From assembly GCF_963676685.1 (NCBI RefSeq), contig NC_092357.1, positions 5,766,001 to 5,830,000 of the forward strand: 64,000 nt of DNA, in the 5' to 3' direction. This stretch comes from Mytilus edulis. Taxonomy: Eukaryota. Positions 33,854 through 48,502 of the stretch are shown in pieces. The position numbers and the translations under genes were made by a program. The notes below the pieces were generated by a model. The model did no database searches, had not been told where the DNA came from, and worked only from the letters and a program-made list of their open reading frames with translations. Position 1 is the first letter of the stretch. Each line of letters starts with the position of its first letter.

Positions 33854-36469
33854 CTGAATAAGTGTAAATAAATCATTAATATATATATCACACGTGTACG
33901 TGTACATATTTAATAAGGTTGTTTAGTCACTTTTACATTTGAAAACACAAGACAGGCATTTTTTTCTCATTTGCCTGCAATGTTAGACTGTGGTTGATTT
34001 TTGTTCATTCAATCCAATCGGTCACGCACGATGATGTAATGCGTATCGTGTATTTTATTAATAAAACAAAAGTTATTAACTAAATTTTAAATCTCGTAGA
34101 TTTATAAAAATCATGGTAAAAGAAATAAAACTGAAAGAATCTATAAAAGAGAGAAATAAAAGTAAAATACCAAAAAATATCACAGGAAAATACGAGTCAG
34201 AAAATTCATTATCAAACGGCAACATCAAAAGCTCAAACACATCAAGCGATAGGAATGATTTTGTCATATTCCTGATTTGATACACAATTTCCTTATGACA
34301 AACAGACAAATAATAGTATAGAAGACACAACATAGAATACTAAAGACTAAGCAACACGAAACCCACAAAAACAATATGAACTTTGATCGGTCTACACATA
34401 ACATTATTAGTCACATGTCAAAATTTTATAAAGTGCAGCATTGTGCATATTCTGTGGTTGAAAGAGTCGACCATATGTCATAGTTATAGATGCAACAGAG
34501 GATAACATTTTTTCGTCTATGACGATCTCTTACAATTTATTATACTCTCTAGGATAAACACATGATGCCGGAAATGTATCAGACAATACCAATACGTTAG
34601 ATATCAAAGTTCGTTGTTAGACTAGGTTAATCGGAAGCAAGTGGGATCCAACGTTTTCCCCGAAGTGATAAACTTCATATGCACTTTAATTCAATTTCGT
34701 ATCGATGAATATGGGTTGTTTTTACGTTTTATTTAGCAGAACAGAAGTAGTGTTGAAAATTTAGCTCTTCTATTAATGGCCATTTATATATGTTTTTTGT
34801 GGGGTTCATGTTGATAAGTCTTTTAAGTGTTCTATGTTGTATAGTGTGAACTATGATTTGTATGTATCTTTTTTATTTAGCCATGTCGTTATCAGTTTAT
34901 TTTCTATCTATGAGTTTGAATATCTCTCTGGTATCTTTCGCCCCTCTTTTCTAAACCAGGGTTCAAAAACAATGTGCTTTTTTCATTCGTTATCTATAAT
35001 TAGTGGTCCTTTAGCTTTACATGAAATGGTTTGCGCATGTACTGATTTTTTGTAGTGGATGAATACCAACCCCCCCCCCCCCCCCCCCTCCATATCCTTT
35101 GTTTTTTCTTTTTATAGTCAAAGGGGATTGGTTGGTAACAGATAAAACTGGTTCAACACAATTAAATTGTCAATTCAGTTTATCTTGATCGATGTGTTCG
35201 TTGTTGTTCGTCTTTGCATTTTTTGTATGTACACATATTTTTTGAAAGGGTTTGGAGTCGATGATTGGTGTGGGTTTATTGTACTGTGGGATACTTCTGT
35301 TCATTTCTGTTATATTTTACATCTTAAGCCTACATGTATTTTATTTTATTGTCATGTGCTTTACACATTTTCGCAAATAGTCATTTTAACTATTTAAACG
35401 TACAATTGATCTCATAATTAATTAGAGACAACAGTACCGATGTTAAAGAGTCATAGATTAATACAAAAAATACAATAAAAATCATCAGAGTTTATCGCTT
35501 TACCTCTAAATACTAGTATGTTGGATTAAGTGTATCGACTGGATGAGAGTCTTTTGCTATGCCTGCATCATTGGCGGAGCCAATCCACAGTCAGTCTAGT
35601 TGTCCTAGTCGTTTAAATGACAAAAACTATTTGAGTAGGTTTCAATATCATATGCGTTTTTTATCAGTGCTATTGATAAGGCTCACTTACAGCAACCTGA
35701 GATCACCCCTAGTTTTTGGTTTGGTTCGTGTTGCTTATTCTTTAGTTTTCTATGTTATGTCATGTGTACTAGTGTGTCTGTTTGTCTTTTTCATTTTTAG
35801 CCATGGCGTTGTCAGTTTATTTTCTATTTATGAGTTTGACTGTCCCTTTGGTATCTTTCGTCCCTCTTTTACATCAAACTACTTTGTACAAACAATATCA
35901 AATTCCATATTTTAAACATGTTCTCCTATATCATTTCAACAAATATAGAAGTTGCTCAATGTTCCCGTAATGGACATAGTGTATCTAAGTACCTATGCAA
36001 CTATTGTGCATATTAATGACACTAATAATACAGACAAAAAGTAAAATATCGATGATATATCGGGTAAAGTTAGACGTAGATTGGGATAAAACGTGTTCAT
36101 AGATAGATATTTTAAAATATATAACATTTGAATTAAATAACTGAAAGATTAAAAATTAAAATTTAGAAAACTTATATTGCAAAGTATACTGTTTCAATCA
36201 GATCTTTTTTAAAATCATTGTTGATTCAGAAATATTATAGTTGGTTTCTGTGTGTGTTACATTTTAATGTCATGTTTCTGTTGTGTCGTTGTTCTCCTCT
36301 TATATTTGAAATGTTTCCCTCACTTTTAGTTTGTAACCCGGATTTATTTTTTTTCTCAAACGATTTATACGTTTCAAACAGCGGTATACTAATCTTGCTT
36401 TATTTGAAACAGCTTTCTTTAAAGCACTTCAAACCAAGAGTTTATAAAGTGTTATTTTCATTCATTTAA

Positions 36470-36678
36470 GGCGGTAGACCTATGTTAAGGGAAATCACTC
36501 TTAAAATCATAAGTACGTTTTTGTCAACCATTTTCATAAACATATTCTAAGCTTCTAGGTTACATAGATTATTTTCAATCTGTTTCAGGTAAATGCTTAA
36601 AATACATTGATGAAACTTGACTTGTACAAACGCATCACTGATTTAAGGAGTTATCTCCCTTCACCAAGGTCTACCCCC
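36470..36678. mobile_element. MITE with TTAA TSD, Kolobok-like
   Basis: TTAA at 36466-36469 and 36679-36682; ~40-bp imperfect TIR GGCGGTAGACCTATGTTAAGGGAAATCACTC / GAGTTATCTCCCTTCACCAAGGTCTACCCCC. Confidence 0.8.
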
Positions 36679-38046
36679 TTAAATGCTACTACATATCAGA
36701 ACTTACAAGTAAAATATATAAACAATGATAAACACGACAAAAAGGTGCAGAATATGATTCCTTTTTTTTTAATGTTATGTGCTAGCCACAGTGTAAGTAT
36801 CAGATGTAAAATATCTTTTCAAATGAACTCCAGTAAATTTCTTAATATTATGGAAGTTTCTTATAAAATACTGTTCATACATTCCTTATAGGAACATTTT
36901 CTATTTACGGGTTTATGAATTCTTGATTTGTTTTTTGATTTTTTTCATTTCTATTGTTGCTGTTGCTGTCATTTGTTCATTGTGAACTCATTTCCTGAAA
37001 TTGACAAGATAGCAAACAACAATTCAGGAACTGTAATTTCCAAAACAATAAGTGTTAAACACATAAAAAAAACATTGTTTTATTTCCAAAATAGAAAAAT
37101 TGGATTCAAAAATGGTGATGCTTATATGGTTTTTACTGTATTTTGAACGTTCTTATTTGATCAGCACTAATTTCCAAGCACGAAACTGAATGTCAGATAA
37201 ACAAAATAGTTTTGCACCTTGATTCTCAGTATACTAATCCCAAACGCAAATGCAATACGAACTGAAATACAATAAACAATGGACTAAGATTATACCGATT
37301 CTAAGAAAAGTCTTCCATCGACTTTTCTAATCTATTTGTTACTATATTGGCTTATTTAATGGTTGATGTATCAATTTAAATAATGCCTGATCAGCTAAAA
37401 AACCCATTTGTGTTGCAATATATTGTAAAACTTTTAATTCCATATTACAAATTGCTAAGGAGTGTTTATTTTAACTTAACAAAACATTATTGTTTAATTT
37501 GGCCTTGTGTTGTTTTAACGGATACACAAATGTAGTTCATATTTGTTTTCTGCATTTACATGAATTAACTATTCTTGATAATATCCGTATTTTCCATCAC
37601 TTCGTGATATAAATATTAATTTTACAAATGAAATCATCTAGACAACAGCATAATGAAGTATAAAATTAGTTACCATTGGGGTTGTTGCATAAATATCAAT
37701 TTAAATATTAGATGACTATCAAAAATTATAACTCGAAGAATGTCAAATAAATTCAGTGGTTGTCGTTTGTGTATGTGTTACATATTTGTTTTCGTTAATT
37801 TGTTTACATAAATAAGGCCGTTAGTTTTCTCGTTTGAATTGTTTTACATTGTCTCATCGGGGCCTATTATAGCTGACTATGCGGTATGGGCTTTGCTCAT
37901 TGTTGAAGGCCGTACGGTGACCTAAAGTTGTTAATGTCTGTGTCATTTTGGTCTTTTGTGGATAGTTGTCTCATTGGCAATCATACCACATCTTCTTTTT
38001 TATATCATCATAGATAACAGGATTTAAATTTTATATTTACATTTAC

Positions 38047-38246
38047 NNNNNNNNNNNNNNNNNNNNNNNNNNNNNNNNNNNNNNNNNNNNNNNNNNNNNN
38101 NNNNNNNNNNNNNNNNNNNNNNNNNNNNNNNNNNNNNNNNNNNNNNNNNNNNNNNNNNNNNNNNNNNNNNNNNNNNNNNNNNNNNNNNNNNNNNNNNNNN
38201 NNNNNNNNNNNNNNNNNNNNNNNNNNNNNNNNNNNNNNNNNNNNNN
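38047..38246. other. Assembly gap (200 N)
   Basis: Run of n characters. Confidence 1.
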
Positions 38247-39167
38247 TATCCCACGAAAAACTTTGCGCAGTGTGACTATCGGACAACACATAATTACTTC
38301 TCTTGGCTATTTACAATTAAAATATTCTCTTTATATATACAGTTAAAACTCTGACCAAAAGGGAAAGAAAAAAAATGTAAGATCATACCCTGGAAATTAA
38401 AGATTTTGAATATGAGTTCTATGTTGCTCAAGCAAACAAAATATGTTAAACATTCATAATTAATAAATGGTCATAACAAAAGGAGTACGATAGGATGAGA
38501 GTTAATATGAAAAGCAAAATGAATATTTTGCAAAAAATAGCGTTCCAACTACATCAATTAAAAATCAAATATTTTTTAATATACATATTGGCGAAAGCTG
38601 TTTTAAAAATCCAGTGTTCCAAGAGGTGAAATTGATTCCTTCGTAAATCTTCCGATTTAGTTATAATTAGAGCAATGAGACAACTCTCCACAATAGACCA
38701 AAATGACAAAGAAATTAACAACTATAGGTCACCGTACGGTCTTCAACAATGAGCAAAGCTCATACTGCATAGTCACCTATTAAAGAACCCGAAATGACAA
38801 TGTAAAACAATTGTTATTGCTATCCAATTTATCCTGACTAAATACTTATCATCAGGTTTGTACAAAAATAAGCAACACAACCGGTGTCACGTGTGATGTA
38901 GCGTCTTGTTCCCTTCCAAAGCACCTGAGATCACCCCGGTTTTTTGGCGGGTTCAGTATTGCTGAGTATTTGTTTTTCTATATGTGGCGCTAAGTGTACT
39001 GTTGTTTGTATATCATTTTTTCTGTTTTTAGTAAGAGATTTCAAAAGATGTGTAAGTAGCTTATTTATTGCATAAAGATTCTTAATAATTAATAGCACCA
39101 TGTCTATTTCAATGTGAATAAAACAATTACTAATTTGTTATCAAAGGTACCAGGATTATAATTTAGT

Positions 39168-39211
39168 ACGCCAGACGCGCTTTTCGTCTACATAAGACTC
39201 ATCAGTAACGC
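39168..39211 (-). ncRNA. Hammerhead ribozyme (family A), stem III mismatch, in repeat ~39137..39345
   Basis: Minus strand gcgtta-CTGATGA-gtct tatgt agac-GAAA-agcgcg-TC-tggcgt. Confidence 0.65.
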
Positions 39212-42200
39212 ATAGATCAAAATAGTTAAAATGAAAAACAAGTTCAAAGTTGAAGAGCATTGAGGACCCAAAATTCCGAAAACGTTGTGCCAAATACGGC
39301 TAAGGTAATCTATGCCTGGGATAAGAAACATTCTTAGTTTTTTACTTTTCCTCATACAATGTATGTATCAAAATAAATGAGAAAAAGTAGTATAAATAAA
39401 ATGTTAACCATGCACCATATTTGCGATGATGTCAGTAACTTGTTTGTACCGTAGAGCCTTCAACCATAATCAAACTCCATACAATATATAAACATATAAA
39501 ACAATTTAAACACAGAAAAAAGTAAAATCACAAAAAATACTGAACTCTGAGTAACTCAAAATTAGAAGTTCCCAAGAAACAAGGTTTAGTTTTTGAACAA
39601 AACATTCACCGAAAATAAATATAAATATGTCGATAAAACAATTAAATTAACAACTGAAAATGAAATGAAATACACGTTTACCTTCTTATCAAAAGTAAAC
39701 CTCAAAAAAGTAAAAATTCAAAACGGAAAGTCACTAATCAAATGGCAAAATCAAATGATAAAACCCATCAAACGAATGGACAACAACTGTCATATTCCTG
39801 ACTTGGTACAGGCATTTTCAAATGTAGAAAAAGGTGGATTGAATCTGGTTTTACAGCGGTTAACCTCTCACTTGTACGGCAGTCATATCAAATTAAATTA
39901 TATTTACAACGATGCGTGAACAAAATGTGAAAAATAGGAGAACAACAACAACACGAACCCCACCAGATGGGGGGTAGATTTCAGATGCTGCTCCACATTT
40001 GGCACCCATTGTGTAGCTTATGTTATTACCAAGCCGGTAAAAAAATTCTAATTCGGTAGGTATTGACAAGTTTGTTTGCAATTTAGACATTCCAAGTCAG
40101 GAATATGACAGTATTCTCATTTTATATTTTTCTTTTTGGCAAAAACTAATAAAACTAAAATAAAAAAAAAGAACTGAAGGGAAATTCAAGCAGAAGGTCC
40201 CTTAACAAATGGCAATATCAAATGCTCTTGTCCATTCGTTTGATGTGTTTTATCCTTTGATTTTGCCATTTGATTAGGGTTTTCCCGTTTTGAATTTTCC
40301 TCGGAGTTCATTTTTTTTGTGATTTTACTTTTTTCAAACACATCAAACTAATGGATAGAGTCAGAGTGTCATGTTGTGAGATTTTCTCCACAATACATAG
40401 TTTCCACTCAGAATAATATCGTGTCTTATTTTCAGGCCAATCTATCGAGATTTATGAATACCATTGCAGTCACAATAAACCCCTTATAAAATAAATTATT
40501 TTCCATTTACTACATATTGATTACGCTTTTATTGTTCATTAATGCATGCAATCTGAGACTGTAAAACAATTTATAATGCAATGAATTTGGATTTGTGCAA
40601 CATTCAAATATCATATTGACTGATAAAACCATAAGTCATAATGACCTTAGATATTGTATGACATTAATATTTATTAGTATAAGAGCACTTCACTAATTAT
40701 GTTTTCAATATTAACACTATAGGCAATGGGAAAATTATAAAAAGCAATCAGTTAGATAAGAAACATCTCTTGACAGACAAAATGTGGCTTCCGAGCATAT
40801 ATTGAGAATCTGTCCAAGACTAAATATTTTATGCAATAATTAAAAACAAGTTTTACGTTCGTTGCAAGGAATCAATCTCAAATTGATCAATATTCTGCTA
40901 AGACATATTTGAGGGTCTGACTATTTTCTTCGATTGTTTGTGATTTTTTTTTTCTTTATTCTTTAAATGTTTTGCGTTTCGAACAGTGGTATACTACTGT
41001 TGCCTTTATTTGCCTTTTATTCTCTTTTCGTTATATCTTTTAAAAAAAGAAGATACGATATGTTGCCAATGAGACAACTGTCCACAAGAGACCAAAATGA
41101 CACAGAAATTAACAATTATAGGTCACCGTACGGCCTTCATCAATGAGCAAAGCACACACCGCATAGTCAGCTATAAAATGCCCCAAAATGACAATGTAAA
41201 ACAATTCAAACGAGAAAACTAATAGCATCTCATCATTCTCTACTATTAAATTTTTGCTCAATTTTACTCTATATTATATTTTATTTACCCATAATTCTCT
41301 ATTCTGTAAACCACCATCCACAACCTGATATATAAAATTTTGGTCAGATGAAGTCTTTTGTTTCCTATAAGTGTAACAAGTTGCACTTTCAAGACGTGAG
41401 TTTATCCTGTTGATTTCGGTTAAGACTACACTCAATATGGAGAATACTTAATTGTGTTCAAAACACCAAATCAGCATTTTCATTTATTGATTAATTTTGA
41501 GTTTGAATACGAAATCGTTCTCCAAATATTTTACGACTGTAAGGCTTGGACTATCGATTTTGGTTTAAATATTCAGATATCTTAAGATCTGAAGATGGGA
41601 AAAAAATAGAGATCTACGAAACTATTGTTTATCTTTATCATGATGATTGACACATAATAGATAGTCTTGGATGAAGGTTTCAAATAAAAGGGCAAATAAA
41701 TTATACTTTCATGTAGGGAATAATATGTCTCTATTTGTACATACTGAATAAATAACATAGCTTGCCTCTCTTGAATCAGTTGTTAATGAAGAAGACACCT
41801 TAAATGTTTTGTACAGTTTTCCATATGTTGTTCGCAGAATAGAAAATTGTGAGTCAAATGATACTAAATAGATAAAAAGAAAAGAAAAGATATTCATGAT
41901 TGGGGGAGGGGGAGAAAATGATAAACCATAAAATTAAAAATTGAGAAAATGGCTTCAAATGTTTAAATTACAGAAATGAAGACCTCATCAACATATCTCT
42001 TACAATCCAGACCCTCTTGTTTAACAACATTTGTAATACTACAGATTAGTTTTGATATGTCGATGATCACGTTCTGGAAAATTGGTGGGATTGTACCAAA
42101 CGTTTGTTCTCTGGAAATGTCTACTCGATGTGCGATGTTATAAATGGGAAATATAACTTGCTAATCAGGAAATGCTTACCCTTCCGGAGCACCTGATTTC

Positions 42201-43866
42201 ACTCCCGGTTTTTAATGGTGTTCGTGTTTCTTATTTATTACTAGTATTTATAACTGTTGATGTAAATGTCCTTTGATTTTTTTAGTCTGTCTTTGTTTAC
42301 TCTTTGGTTTTGATTGTTATTGTCTCTATGTACGGCATATATGTAAATAAGTATGTAAAACCTTCTACTTGGATTAACATTTGATTTAAACTTGGATTGC
42401 TTATCTGAACAAGTTAATCACCCAAAAGATTCACTGTACGTTGACCTTCAAGGGTCAGACATTAATAGTGAAATGCGTCGATATCATATTTATAGTTCAA
42501 CGTGTTCAAGGTATGTGCTGTCAATTTTATTGATAGAATGATAAATGATATATTAAGACATTTTATCATCAATCCACGAAAAGTAGTTGTAATGTAAACA
42601 TATTCAACAATACTATATTTCTGTTCAAAAGTCATAAATCGATTAAGACAAAACAAATCCGGGTTACAAACTAGATTCGAGGGGAAAACATTATATATAA
42701 AAGGAAAATAAAGAAACAACAGACACACTGAAGTACAACAAAATCAAACGACAATGCAACACACACAGACAGGAACTATTAGATGACTAATTGACAAATG
42801 TCTTTATTCATTTGCATAATGTACTGTATTTTCAACTTTCGATTATGTATCTTTGTTTGGTTACACAAAACAACTATACACGATGTTTACGCGTGGAACG
42901 AAAATGGTAGGTATTGTCAAGTTTGTTTGATATTTCTATATTCCAAATGTTTTCCATTCGTTTGATGTGTTTTATCATTTGATTTTTGCCATTTGATTAG
43001 GGACTTTCCGTTTTGAATTTTCCTCGGAGTTTAGTAATTTTGTGATTTTACCTTTTTCATTTAAATCTTATATTGGTACTGTGTGTCTTCTGTCTTTATG
43101 TTGGGAATGTTTTAAGCTTCGTATATATCTAAAGATTTATGATAATGTTCACAGTTTCTTTTTCGTGTTGTGCTTTTACACCACTATTCCAGTTTTTTTA
43201 GGGACCTTTACTCGCAAAAATAATAACTGTTCCCGCCCCCTTTCTATATGAACTTATGCCAGGAGCCTGTAATTCTGTAATTGTCATTAGTAGTTGTCTG
43301 TCATATTTGATGTTTGTAAATTGTTAAAAAAAAAAGGGGGGAGGAAAGATGCCAGAGGGACAGTCAAACTCATAAATCGAAAATAAACTGACAACGCCAT
43401 GGCTATAATTGAAAAAGACAAACAATAGTACACATGACACAACATAGAAAACTAAAGAATAAGCAAAACGAATTCAACCAAAAACTAGGGGTGATCTCAG
43501 TACCTTATCGTTGATTTTTTTTACATTCTGTCATGTCGGCGCTGTTTATAGCCAACAGACATGGTGTCCCCTATTTGATTAAGACCGGACTGTGGCATAT
43601 GTCTGCTTAAATCCGATGTATTCTGACTCTTGCGGATAGTTTTCTTCTGAGCAATCATACAAAATCTGCTTATGTTGTATACTTTACATATTGTCATGTT
43701 GGGGCCTTTTACAGCTGACTGTACGGTATTGGTTTCGCTTAGTATTAAAGGATGTATTTTTATCTACAATTGCTTCGATCCTCGTCATTTGAAATTATAT
43801 AAATATTGCTCTTATTTTCATTTATACTACATCTATAAATTTCTAAATCTTATTATATAAGTATTA

Positions 43867-43953
43867 CAATTCACCTTTCCGGAATCTTGATGACTATGGG
43901 TAATCACGTTTTAAACCAATCACAACGTTATAAGATTCTGAAACGGTGAATTG
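43867..43953. mobile_element. Very small TIR element (~87 bp)
   Basis: CAATTCACCTTTCCGGAATCTT / AAGATTCTGAAACGGTGAATTG; present only in duplication copy A. Confidence 0.6.
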
Positions 43954-46611
43954 TGCAGTGACCTTCTGATTAGTATAATTCTCTTATGGTATTTAAGATT
44001 TATAATCTGATTGATATATGTTGTATTCATTGGCAACCTAAATAATTTCCTACAACAAGGGAAAACATTGAATAGTCAAGACGGCTATAAAGCCATCAAT
44101 GAGTCTAGTCATCTAACGGAATAATTCTCCCTCTCGGATTGTCTAATTATTTAGAAATGTGTATGCAAACAAATTAGAAGTTGTACAAGAAATTAGTTCA
44201 CCAATATCGGTTCAAGCTTCGACGCACATCTTTAACTTGAAATACCTTTAGTACCTGCATTTGTATTGGACGTTTTCCAGGATTTAGAGCGTTGCCATTA
44301 TATTCAGTACTTATGAGTTCCGCATTCGTGTGTGGTTTAACAAACAAAAAGTAAAATTAATTGTCCGATGAACATTTTGTAGGTAGTATAGGCCGGGCGG
44401 CAAGACACCAAGAGTGCCATAAGATAAGAGATGAAAGTATTAACATTATTTGGCAAATGACAACAAGATAGGAGTACTACCACCCTATCAAAAACCTGTT
44501 GTAAATCGGGTGATCCAAAAGGAATATATATAAAAAAAAAAGAAGATGTAGTATGATTGTCAATGAGACAACTCTCCACAAGAGACCAAAATGACACATA
44601 AATTAACAACTATAGGTCACCGTACTGCCTTCAACAATGAACAAATCATATACCGCAAAGTCTGCTATAAAAGGCCCTGAAATGACAATGTAAAACAATT
44701 CAAAGGAGAAAACTGACGGCCTTATTTATATGACAAAAATGAACGAAAAACAAATATATATAAAACAAATATGACTGTTCTAAGTAGATTGAGAACAAAA
44801 CTTTTTGACAAAAGAGATGAAAGCAGCTTTGCAATCATGAACTTTTCATTTTACATTCTGGCATCACCTCCATATGGATAATATAGTTTCTTATCATAAG
44901 TCTTTGATTCAGGGCTGCTGCTCACAAGAAGGATTTTGAACCAAGAGTTTCAGTGGTGAATTTGGAATCTTCCTTTCGAAAATTCTACAGAAATAAAGGC
45001 AACAGTAGTATACCGCTGTTCAAAACTCGTAAATCCATGGACAAAAAACAAAATCGGGGTAACAAACTAAAACTGAGGGAAACGAATTAAATATAAGAGG
45101 AGAACAACGACACAACATAAAAATGTAACGCACACAGAAACGGACTAAGCATTAGACAAAATCCGATGACAATAACAAATATAACATCAAAACCAAATAC
45201 ACGAATTTGGGATAGAAAAGTACCATGACACGTCTTATAGTAATGTGAATTCACACTCAAACACAAGAGAAAACAAACGACACAACGGAAACACAACGTT
45301 AAAATGTAACACACACAGAAACGAACTATAATATAACAATGGCCATTTGCCGGATTTGGTACAGGACATTTGTAAAGAAAAAAAATGGCGGGTTAAACCT
45401 GGTTTTGTGACATAAGCCATCACGATTTGGTTTTTGTAGCCGAACAGAAGTATTGTTGAAAGTTTAGCTCTCCTATTTATGGACATATATAAAAAAAAAA
45501 ATGAAAACGAATGGGGTATGAATAGCATTCAATATTTTATCGACCAAAAACGAATTAAAAAGTTATCAAAGGTACCAGGATTATAAAAGCAATAGCTTTA
45601 GAGTATTGTATTGAGGGTGAAGGTCAATTTTAAAAAATGTCAGTGGCTCCCAAACTTTATCTTAGTGTGTTAATACTAGCCCACTGATATTCTTGGTGGT
45701 AGTATTCACCTAACAGTTGTCGCTACTCTAAGAAGCTGATTGTAGTAGAGCGCACATTTGAAACGATATAATTTTGTGTTGGGTTCGTATTGCTTAGTCT
45801 ATAGTGTTCTATGTTGTGTTGTGTGTAATATTATTTTTAGACATGGCGTTGTCAGTTTATTTTCGATGTATAATTTTAGATGTCCCTCTGGTATCTTTCG
45901 GTCCTCTTTTCTAAACCAGGGTTAAAAAACAATGTGCTTTTTTTAATTTTTTACTATAGTCGTCTTGATTTACGTGACATTTTTTGCTCATGTACTGATT
46001 TCTTTGTAAAGGATGGATAAACCCAGAATATGGGGTTTTTTTCATAGTCAGAGGGGACTACTTGTTAACAGGTAAAACTGGTTCAACCCTACCACATTAT
46101 GAATTCAGTTTATCTTGATCGATGTTGTTCGTCTTTTTGCATATACATATTTTTCTAAAGTGTCGGGAGTCGATGGTTGATGTGGTTTGTTGTACTATGT
46201 GGTACTTTGGTGATCCATGTTCCTTTTTTCTATACTATTAAACGAGAAGACCTCATTTTGTGTGTCACCTCTCTTCCTTCCACAATAACTAAATCATTAT
46301 GCCTCTGTGTCCTATGGGTACCATGCATAGTATCGTCCATTCTTATGATTATTCAGATTGAGTTATTTTTGGAGAAAAAAGAAAAAAAGGCGTCCGGATA
46401 TTGTTTCTGTAATCATACAATTGATGCCATATATAACAGATTGAGACAACGGTATAAAGATACAATTAAGATTAAAAACCAAACAGAGGTAATCACATTA
46501 TCTCTTAATATACCGAGATCGGTTGTGTCGAGTTGGTAAGCGTCTATTGCTATGCATTCGTCGCCTGCGAAGACATAATAGTTATCAAAGGTACCAGGAT
46601 TATAATTTAGT

Positions 46612-46655
46612 ACGCCAGACGCGCGTTTCGTCTTCATAAGACTCATCAGTGACGC
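46612..46655 (-). ncRNA. Minimal type I hammerhead ribozyme (family A), intact core, in repeat ~46577..46705
   Basis: Minus strand gcgtca-CTGATGA-gtct tatga agac-GAAA-cgcgcg-TC-tggcgt. Confidence 0.85.
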
Positions 46656-48502
46656 TCATATCAAAATATTTATAAAGCCAAACAATTACAAAGTTGACGA
46701 GCATATGATATTCAATGTTTGAAGTATACAAGGATGAAACGTGTCCAACATATTTGAAAATATGTATCACAGTTTAACTGAAATAACAAAATTACAACTG
46801 CGATGTTGTTTTGGCAAAGTATACTGTTTCAACAAGTGTACTGTTAAATTGATGAGATGAAAAATACATCTTATATGGATGTCACTGTGTTTTGAACGGG
46901 CAATAATATACTATGTCTGTATCAAGTCAAGAATATGACAGCTGCTATCCATTTGTATGATGTGTCTGATCTTAAAATTTTGCCATTTGCTTACAGACTT
47001 TCCGTTTTGAATTTTCCTCGGAGTTCGGTATTTCTGTTATTTTACTTTTTATGCAGAAGAAACTAACTATATGATTGGCAAATTTGAATCTGTTTTGCTT
47101 TAAGACCACATTGTTTTTACCTTAATTCAGGATATACTTATCTAAACCGCAATTGGAGTACAATCTGAAATGCAATAGAGAAAGTATATAGAATACACCA
47201 ATTCCATGAAATGTCTTTCAACGAATTTTCTAGTGTAATAGTTACTATATTTGGCTATCAAGAGACAAAAATAGATCATTATACGTATTCAACAAATATC
47301 TTGTTTCCCTACACCTTACAAATCCATCAGTTAAAGTATAAATTCAAATTGTGCCGGATCATCAAGTAATGAAAGCATTTATGTTGAAGCGTAATGCACA
47401 AATTATTATATTAGGTAACAAATCGCTAAGGAGTGTTGATGTTTAGTTAATAAAACTTCACTGTTGAAATGGCCTTGTGTTGTTATTAACGGATACACAG
47501 ATTTATATTTTTTTTAAGATTTATTTATTTTAAATTGTACTGTTGTGTATCATAACCGGTTTTTAGTGTCATTACTTTATTAACGCATATTTGTTCATTT
47601 TACTATTTCAATAATCTACACAACAACATAATGAAGTTTTAAATAGTAAAGAGAGGGGGTGTTCCACAAATAAAACAATCGGTTATACATTCTTAATTGA
47701 TAAAAAGTCAAAACAGAAGAAGGGCGATAGGATGAGTAATTATAATGAGAAAAAAAATATATTTTGCAAAAAATACAGTTCTCATTCATTTATATGAATC
47801 AGAATCGAATATATTTGGGTATATATTCAAGAAAGCTATTAAACCAAGAGTTCTAATAGGTGAAGTTAAATCATCCCTTCGTATATATTACAAGTTGGTT
47901 GACTGTTATTGATGGAGTATCCAATTGTCATGACTACGACTTTGTATCTTTTCCCCCCGAATACGACCTTTCGAATCAGACTTATTACCGGGTTTGTACA
48001 ACAATGAACAACACGACGTATGCCACATATGGAGTAGGTTCTGGTTCCTTTCAAGAGCATCTGCGATCACCACTGGTTTTGGTGGGTTTCGAATTGCTAA
48101 GTTTTTGATTTTTCTATGTGGCTCTTTGTGTACTGTTGTTTTGTCTGTTTATCGTTTTCTTCTTTTAGACAAAACAGCTGAAAATAACAAAAGTAAACCT
48201 CTTAAGTTATACTAGTATGGATTATCTTGAATAATTGGAAAAGATGTATGTCCGGTGTTCATTTCTTTTCTGTATCGCTGCATTTCATCTAAAAGTCAAC
48301 GTAGAAGCCTTTAACACATAAACTGTTTATCCCCCTTGCAGCATACGGGCATTTGAGTCGGTAGAAAAACAGATAAATAATAGGTCTCCAGTCTTTCAGA
48401 AACCAACATGGAGAACAGATTCACCCCTGATCCGTCCGTTGTTTTATCAGTATCCCTATCCACCACGCATGTCGGCTTTTTTCTACTTTAACAGAATCTT
48501 AC

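Larger units (their letters stand above)
34800..44330. repeat. Segmental duplication, copy A
   Basis: Collinear same-strand blocks match copy B: 34950/45910, 35510/46520, 37210/47110, 37450/47420, 38480/47715, 40350/50830, 41225/51490, 43580/52170, 44060/53120, 44280/53370. Confidence 0.85.

Noticed and set aside
38008-38291. ORFs spanning the N run
   Set aside because: Artefacts of the assembly gap.
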